Below are positions 55,685-64,000 of a stretch of 64,000 nucleotides of DNA, in pieces. The notes beneath the pieces are model-generated. The model was not told the DNA's origin, ran no database searches, and saw only the letters and a program-made list of their open reading frames with translations. Each line of letters begins with the position of its first letter. Position 1 is the first letter of the stretch. Origin of the DNA: Octopus sinensis (taxonomy: Eukaryota); NCBI RefSeq assembly GCF_006345805.1, contig NC_043015.1, forward strand, positions 51,088,001 through 51,152,000. The letters run 5' to 3'. The position numbers were made by a program, and so were the translations under genes.

Positions 55685-57119
55685 ATGTATATGTGTGTCT
55701 TTCTGCTTGTTTTACTTCTGCTGGACAAGTGGAGTTGGTTTGTTGGCATCCCTGAAATTTAGCCTGGCAAAAGATGCCAATAGTATAAGTAAATAACTAA
55801 AATAAAAAGTAAAAAGAGAGGTCTGGGGTCATTTTGCCCGACTAAATTCTTCAAGGTGGTGGTGGTGGTGGGGGCTTAGCTGTCCAGTGACTAAAACAAG
55901 CAAAAGATAAAAGATGTGTGTGTGTGTGTGTATGTGCAGGTGTGTTTCACTTTACGTGTATGAGTAAAACGCACTCAATACAGAAGCAGTGGCTAATTAT
56001 TTAATGTAGCACAGAGGTTAGTCCTTTTCATCTGAGTGTTGTGAGTTTGATCAGATGACTCATGTGATCAGCAACGGTCACAAAATTCAGATTAGTAATG
56101 GACACTAATCTCAGTAATACAACAAATATATATTAGTGTTGGATATATATATATATGTGTGTGTGTATACATATACCCAGGTACATACCCACATAGTCAT
56201 AAGTGCATGTGAGTGTGTGCATGTGTATATCTATATATATATATATACATTTGTACATATATACTTACACACATATATATATATACATATATACACTCAG
56301 ACATGTATGAAGGTATGTATACATTTACATACGCACACATGCACGCACAAATAGATTTCATAGAAACACAAATACACACACACTCTCACACATGCACACA
56401 TATATAAACACATACACACACACATATATATAAACACACACATATATATATAAACAAACACACATATATATAAACACACACAAATATATATCAACACACA
56501 TATATATATACACTCACACACACATGTGAGAAGGTATGTATATGTTTACATACCTGCACATGCACACATGAATAGATTTCATAGACACACAAACACTCAC
56601 ATATATAAACGCACACACACACATATAAACACATATATACACATACACACACACATGCATATATATATATGTATATCATACACACATGTATGTATCTATC
56701 TGTACATGATGTATACCTATACACACAGATGTTAGATGATGATGATGATATCTAAGTGTCAGGGTGCATATGTATGTGTATGTGTGTGTAATGCCTTTCA
56801 TTTTTAATATTATATCACTTTGTACTAAAAGCAAAAACAACAACAACAACAACAACAGCAGTGACCACAAAAATAATGTTATATGCAAGTGATTTTATTT
56901 AAGCCTTTGATATAATTTACATTGGCCAGTGTGATGGATGGGAAACAGTCATATTTAATATGTAATCTACACTAATAATTCAACTCATGCTGTCTCTGTA
57001 AAAAAAAAAACAAAAAAACAGAAACAAAAGAAAGAAAATCTAAAACGTAGGAAGGCGAAACAGATGGTGGGACCATGAGGATATTATTATTATTATTATT
57101 ATTACTATTATTACTATTA

Positions 57120-57153
<34 letters not shown>

Positions 57154-57542
57154 GATTATTGTTGCTGTTGTTGTGGCGGTGTTGTCACTCTGATATAGGT
57201 GATATTACAAATCACCATTGATAATTTCTACATCTGATAAAGGGATGCTGATCTGAATGAACAGACAGATAAATAAAACATGAATCGATTCTCTTCTGTT
57301 TAGTTAGTGATTGGGTTTCGGTGGTGGCGGTGGTGGTTGTGGCGGGCGTTGACGGGCGGTGGGAGATGGAAGGCAGACGGAGCGGTTTTGTACTGAATTT
57401 TAAACTTATTTGAACTACTCTGGCATAAAAAAAAGAATATGATAAAAAAAAAAAAATGTAATTCTTTCATATTCCCTGGTGATGATTAGTGGAGAAAGAT
57501 TTGAAGGGATAAATTGAAAGTTATCTATCTATATACTTTTAA

Positions 57543-57592
<50 letters not shown>

Positions 57593-57715
57593 CATATATA
57601 TGGAGGTATTTTATATATGTATATATATACACATACACACACACATATATAAATGGAGGTATATATATATATATACAAACATACACAACACACATATATG
57701 AATGTATATTATATA

Positions 57716-57755
<40 letters not shown>

Positions 57756-57831
57756 CACAGAGACACATTTGAATGTATATATATATATCATCATCATCAA
57801 GCAGACGTTAAATGATGATGATGGTGATGAT

Positions 57832-57866
<35 letters not shown>

Positions 57867-58955
57867 CACATATATATATATGTATGTATACATATGTATA
57901 TATACACATGCACAGATATATATATATATACACACACGTATATATGTATGTATATGTATCTCTAGATATAATTATCTATATATGGAGAAATATATATATA
58001 TATATATATATATGTGTATATATGCTATATATGTTTGCATTTGTATTAGTACGTGCATGTTGATATATAAGTATGCGTGGATAGATAGATAAAATTCATG
58101 TAGAGTAATGTTTTTTGCGTATGTTTACGTTTAGGTTTTATACACATACATAATTAAAAGTTTAAAGATAAACTTACTGCTAACCCTTGCAGCTTCACCT
58201 CTTTGCTCCAAATTAGGGGCGGCAATTGAATGCAATGAAACGAAATGAAATGCATGAGATATGGACACGAGATGGTTTTTGATGTAACATGTACCGCTAA
58301 ACATAATCCCGACGTTGGAGAGTGCTGTAAGCACTTAGATTAAAACGAATAACAATCTCTCTAATGGAATGTCCATTCAGTTTTGTGTGTATTTCAGCTT
58401 TTTGGGTGAGAAATACCAATCCCTCTAATGGAACGTTGACCTATGTCTCTGCCATCATCATCATCATCGTCATCACCTCTGTGGCTGCTGCTTCTTTTTT
58501 GCTCTTGTTCTTTGTCTTCTTCATCTTCTCCGTTTCCATAATGATATTTTTGCATCATGGTTTTTGCTTCTCATGAGACATTGGTTTACTTTGTCCATCG
58601 CCGGAATATTTGCACTGCGGTGCATGACAAACACAACGAACGCCAGATATACTTAAAAGTAAAGCTGATGAGGAATAAAATGAAATAAAACAAAGTAAAA
58701 AAAAAAAAAAATAAAAATAGAATAAGATAAATTGAACGCCACTCCCTACATCCCTGCCACAAGCAAGCGAACAGAGAGCAAATGAATTTTTGGAAAATAT
58801 CTTCACTGGTTATTAATTTTTGGGACTTTGTATATTTATTTTGGTCTTTTTTTAAAAAATTTTTATTGGCGAAAATAATTAAAAATTTAAAAATTATTAA
58901 ATAAAGATAAGTGCTAGAGATGGTTTTACTCCATTAAGTAATGTTTTTAATTTAC

Positions 58956-59046
<91 letters not shown>

Positions 59047-59299
59047 TACACGCACTCACATACATACAGATATGTACATGTATACATACATCCACACTCA
59101 CACATATGTGTATATGTATATGTACATATATGTTTGGGTATGTATAATTATATATGTGTGTATGGATGAGTATATATATGCATGTGTATATGTATATATA
59201 TATATAAGTATATATATCTATATTTATGTGTATATAGACATACTTGTGTGTATAGATATATAGATATATTTCTGTGTATATACATAAGTATATATGTGC

Positions 59300-59330
<31 letters not shown>

Positions 59331-59696
59331 TGTATGTATATATCTATATATATATATACATGTATTATATATAGGTATATATGTATGCATTATATGTATG
59401 TATATATACATACATATATATACATACATACACACACACACATAATATGTATTCTTTTTTTTCTAGATTTTTAAACTTCAAACTTACACCAGCAAGTTTT
59501 TAACTTCAATAGTGTAAAAGTGTTGTAAAGTTATGAAATTCTTTTCTTTCTTTTTTTTTTTGTTTTTGATAAACACGTAAAAACGATATAGAATAAAGCA
59601 GTACAGTTCTGAGTGAAGACTCACAGTTATTAAACTCATGGTTACGAGTTCAAACTTTGTCAGAGACACTGATATATTGATTTTGGAGTTTACTAA

Positions 59697-60325
59697 TACA
59701 GTAGAACCTCAGTTTTCGAACAACTCTGATCACGAGTAAATCGTGCTTTATCTCCTGTCTTTCTCATATTCATTTAATACAGCAGTACCTCTGTTTACAA
59801 ATGCCTCTGATCACGACTAAATCTTCCTTTATATCTATATCCATATATCTATATCTATACTTCTAATATGTGGAAGCGCAATGGTCCAGTGGTTAGGGCA
59901 GCGGCCTCGCGGTCAGAGGATCATGGTTTCGATTCCCAGACTGGGCGTTGTGTGTGTTTATTGAGTGAAAACACCTAAAAACTCCACGAGGCTCCGGCAG
60001 GAGGTGGTGCTGACCCCTGTTGTACTCTTTCACCACAACTTTCTCTCACTCTCTCTTCCTATTTCTTGAGTAACGCTGCAATGGACTGGCAATCGCTTGA
60101 CAACTGATGCTGGTGTGTTTACATCCCTGTAACTTAGCAGTTCAGCAAAAGAGGCCGATACAATAAGTACTAGGCTTACAAAGAATAAGTCCTGAGGTCG
60201 ATTTACTTGACTAAAGGCTGTGCTCCAGCATGGCGACAGTCAAATGACTGAAACAAGTAAAAGAGTATATATAAAGCACGATTTATTCATGATCAAAGAT
60301 GTTTGAAAACCAAGGTACTGTTGTA
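59697..60325. mobile_element. pogo/Tigger-like MITE containing a chimeric SINE (family C head 59872-60090 + family A tail 60091-60266)
   Basis: 55-bp TIRs TACAGTAGAACCTC..GTGCTTTAT / ATAAAGCAC..GTACTGTTGTA, with an extra left TIR at 59778-59832. Confidence 0.75.
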
Positions 60326-62227
60326 CTTATTTTCATTTAGCAATACATAAAATCAGTTTTTGAAGAATGGCAGTACAGCCATTTGGATCAACCCTGAATT
60401 TAAGAACTATGAACATGGAATCTGCAAAAACAGATAACAACATTAAAAAAAAAAAACAATTGTCAAAGATCTTCTATTTCAGATCATTCTGTATCAATAT
60501 TTTCTGTATCGATTAATACACACTCTAATGCCTGAGTTCATTTTGAAAAAAGTTATTATTGATTTTGAGTTACCTCCCTTGCTTCGTTTGGTTGAATTAA
60601 TCATTGCTCACCAATGTTTGCCTCTTCTCACTGTCAACATTCAGTCTTGATTAGTTCAAGTTATCATGCTTCTCTCACCACATTGAATCTGTTTTTGTGC
60701 TTAATTCACTTTATGCTAATAGGAGAAATACGTGTTGAAGCTATCTTTTGGGGCTACAGTTAACCCCTCAGCAATTGACTAAATTTTGTTTCTTGTGTTG
60801 GAAAGTGAAACGAGTTAAATTTAATATTCAACCAACTTCGTTGAACACTATTTCGTCTGTTGTGTTGCTCACTCGCTCGCAGGTTGGCTTGTTGGCTGCT
60901 TGGCACTCCAATCGGTTTATTGGTTTATGGGGTGTGAAATGGAACTTCATTCCTTGGGCATTTTATAGACTGATCTAATCGCTCTTATGGAAGAACCATA
61001 GCAATAAAAGAGCCATGCTTATTGGACAAACCTTGGCATTCAAATGCATCTATTGGGCTGAAGAAAATGGTGGGGGAGGGGAAAGAATAAAAAAAGGGGA
61101 AACCATTCATAGTGATGTGGCCAAGATGGTTTGTTCCACAATCAAGTGGTTTTTGGTTTTTGGTTCACTCCTACTGCACAGAAATTTGAGTAAGCACCTT
61201 CTACTATAGCCCCATAACTGACCATGGACGTATGAGTTAATTTGGGCAATGGAAACTGTGTGGAAGCCAATACATACACATGAATGACCATGGGATTTTC
61301 TCACAGTCAGTGCCCAACTGACCCTGCTATACTGTGCAGTTGACAAAACCAAGAAGAAAGTAGTTTGATTCCTGGACTGAGCTGTATGTTGTGTTCTTGA
61401 GTAAGGTACTTTATTTCACATTTCTCCAGTTCACTCAGCTCTAGAAATGAGAATGAGTTGCAATATCACTGGTGCCAAGCTGCATCGGCCTTTGCCTTTC
61501 CCTTGGATAACATCAATGGTGTGGAAAGGGGAGGCTGGTATGCATGGGTGACTGCTGGTCTTCCATAAACAACCCTGCCCAGACTTGGGCCTCGGAAGGG
61601 AACTTTGTAATTTTGGTAAATATATCTGTTAAAATGAGATGTCAGTGTTATGTTTATTTTTGCGGAAATTAGATGACAATTTATTCATCATACCCTGTAT
61701 GTATGTGTGTGTGTATATATATATATCATCATCATCATCATCATCATCGTTTAATGTCCGTTTTCCGCGCTAGCACGGGTTGGACGGTTTCGACCGGGGT
61801 CTGGGGAGCTCGGGACTGCCCCAGGCTCCAGTCTAGTCTGGCAGTGTTTCTACAGCTGGATGCCCTTCCTAACGCCAACCACTCCGCGAGTGTAGTGGGT
61901 GTTTTTTACGTGCCACCTGCACAGGTGCCAGATGGGTCTGGTTCGGCCACGTTCGGATGGTGCTTTTTATGTGGGGGGGGGGTGCGGAAATATATAGGGG
62001 AGCACCAGTGGGGAGGGGTGGTTCAGAGAAATGATGACAGGTTCTAGGCAAGTAGAACGTAGGATATCAAGAGAGGGGTAATGCATGGTGAAATAGCGTG
62101 TTGAAGAGGGGGGTTCGAAGAGTAGACACCTATAATGGTGGTGGGAGAAGCGACATCCGGTATAGATGGAACAAAAATATAGAGATATCCGGTATTGGTG
62201 GTGGGGGTGGGCAAGGGCGGGTGCACC

Positions 62228-62690
62228 GGGAATATGCGAAGGTTGAACTTTAGAGAAACGGGCGGGAATGGCGATGTTTTTAGGGTGGCATGTAGAAAGA
62301 AAAGGAAAGCAAAGCAGATTGGTGGTTATAAGTTCAAAACATTTAAATGGTAGACAAATGTATGTATGTATGAAAAAAGAAGGGAGAAATCTTAGCCTGC
62401 TCATGGACATCGCTGTAAGCCAGGGGAAGAAATGATAGTGAATGGTGGAGATCGAATTAAAGGGAACATGCGAAGGTTGAACTTTTTGAGAAACGGGCGG
62501 GAATGGCGATGTTTTTAGGGTGGCATGTAGAAAGAAAAGGAAAGCAAAGCAGATTGGTGGTTATAAGTTCAAAACATTTAAACGGTAGACAAATGTATGT
62601 ATGTATGAAAAAAGAAGGGAGAAATCTTAGCCTGCTCATGGACATCGCTGTAAGCCAGGGGAAGAAATGATAGTGAATGGTGGAGATCGA
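62228..62690. repeat. 234-bp near-identical tandem duplication
   Basis: GGGAA(T/C)ATGCGAAGGTTGAAC..GGAGATCGA at 62228 and 62462. Confidence 0.9.
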
Positions 62691-62694
62691 GAAC

Positions 62695-62725
<31 letters not shown>

Positions 62726-64000
62726 TAGATAGATAGATAGATAGATAGAGAGAGTGATAGGGAAATGGCAGTTTGTGCGTGTGTCTTTGCATTTGTGTCT
62801 CAGTGCTTAAGTGGTGTTGGTTTGATTACATCCTTAGATTACTTGGTGGTATGGTAAACAAAAAAGCTCCTACAGAATAAGTACTTTTGGCCAGGTAATA
62901 ATATATTACAAATTAAATATAACTTTGGGCATTTGATAGATAAATGCAAATGTTCACACTTATGTTCCCAACTTTAGCCATGACTGTATCGTTATGATTG
63001 GATGCACCCAACACATGAGAATCACACCATTGGATTGGTTTACTGATGTACCTCCTCCTTACCCACTCCCCCTCTGGAATGTGCTTTCAATGTGTTTAAC
63101 CCTTTAGCATTTAAACTGACCATATTCAGCCCCAAATTTTCTATGTGTTTTATGTTTAAGCTGGCCATATTTGGCCACTCACACCTTCCTAAGAATGTCA
63201 TTGTAAAGATAAGCAATCACATCATTGAAATCTGAAATCTGAAAGCTACAAGATAATGCATGATTAATTCAAAACAATGCAATAAATAAACCTTACATTT
63301 GATGGAGTAATCTGATTGCGAAAGGGTTAAATTCGGTTGCTGCTTGTCTTTTACTTATATTTCTGTATCGATTGTCTGACAGTGTGTTTGTTTCATGCTG
63401 ACCACTTTAAGTTTCATCTACTGGCTACATCTATTGTGTAACATCATGCATTCCCTAATACTGACACATATGTAACAGTTTGAAGAAAAGAGCACTGAGT
63501 TATGCCCATATTCTTTCATCATCATCATCATCATCATTTGATGTCCGTTTTCCGTGGTTTGGACTGTTTGACTGGGCTGGCACGCCGGAAGGTTGCGCCA
63601 GGCTCCCAGTCTAATTTGGCATGGTTTTGTATGGCTGGATGCTCTTCCTAATGCCAACCACTCTGAGAGTGTAACGGGTGCTGTTAGGTGCCAGCGATAT
63701 CTGTTACGATTGTGATTTTGCTCAGCTTGATGGGTCTTCTTCTCAAGCATGACATAATGCCAAAGGTCTTGGTCATTGCCCAACACTTGAAAGGAACTCA
63801 GTCACCTTGCCTCTGTGAGGCTCAAAACTCGTAGGGAACTCAGCTATTTTGCTTCCATACATATATATATATGCATGTGTGTATGAGTGAGTGTTTGTCT
63901 GTCTGAGTGTATTGTGAATGTTTTTCTGGTAGTATAGAGATCTGTCATAAAAGTTAGCTATGTAGGTTAACTTGTATATGTATAAAGATTTTGTATAGCA

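Noticed and set aside
58380-58545. Minus-strand 55-aa acidic ORF MMQKYHYGNGEDEEDKEQ.. and nearby GTAAGT donor
   Set aside because: Partly microsatellite-derived, no recognisable homology, no linked exons.

Overview
Eukaryotic, repeat-saturated genomic DNA. The SINE/RTE families and extreme microsatellite load suggest an octopod cephalopod; that is inferred, not proven. The only protein-coding gene I can support is a + strand fragment of IFT80 (intraflagellar transport 80/WDR56): four internal exons (2001-2125, 16001-16174, 18893-18967, 27856-28019) with canonical AG/GT sites and matching phases. I found no later IFT80 exon, and a 100-N gap lies at 35932-36031. The rest is intronic/intergenic: at least four tRNA-derived SINE families, RTE-clade LINE fragments, mariner/maT/pogo/hAT/piggyBac-like remnants and long microsatellites. 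Almost all ORFs in the supplied track are low-complexity artefacts. The main unexpected signal is a set of unrelated minimal type I hammerhead ribozyme motifs of the Penelope-like-element type: canonical cores at 1474-1542 (+), 8430-8519 (+) and 49911-49986 (+), a mirror copy at 1329-1397 (-), a core variant at 22598-22652 (-) and a truncated remnant near 43843-43864 (-). The 1474 ribozyme sits in one arm of a 229-bp near-perfect palindrome, so the IFT80 pre-mRNA would carry its own antisense lock. All folds were derived by eye and all activity claims are untested.
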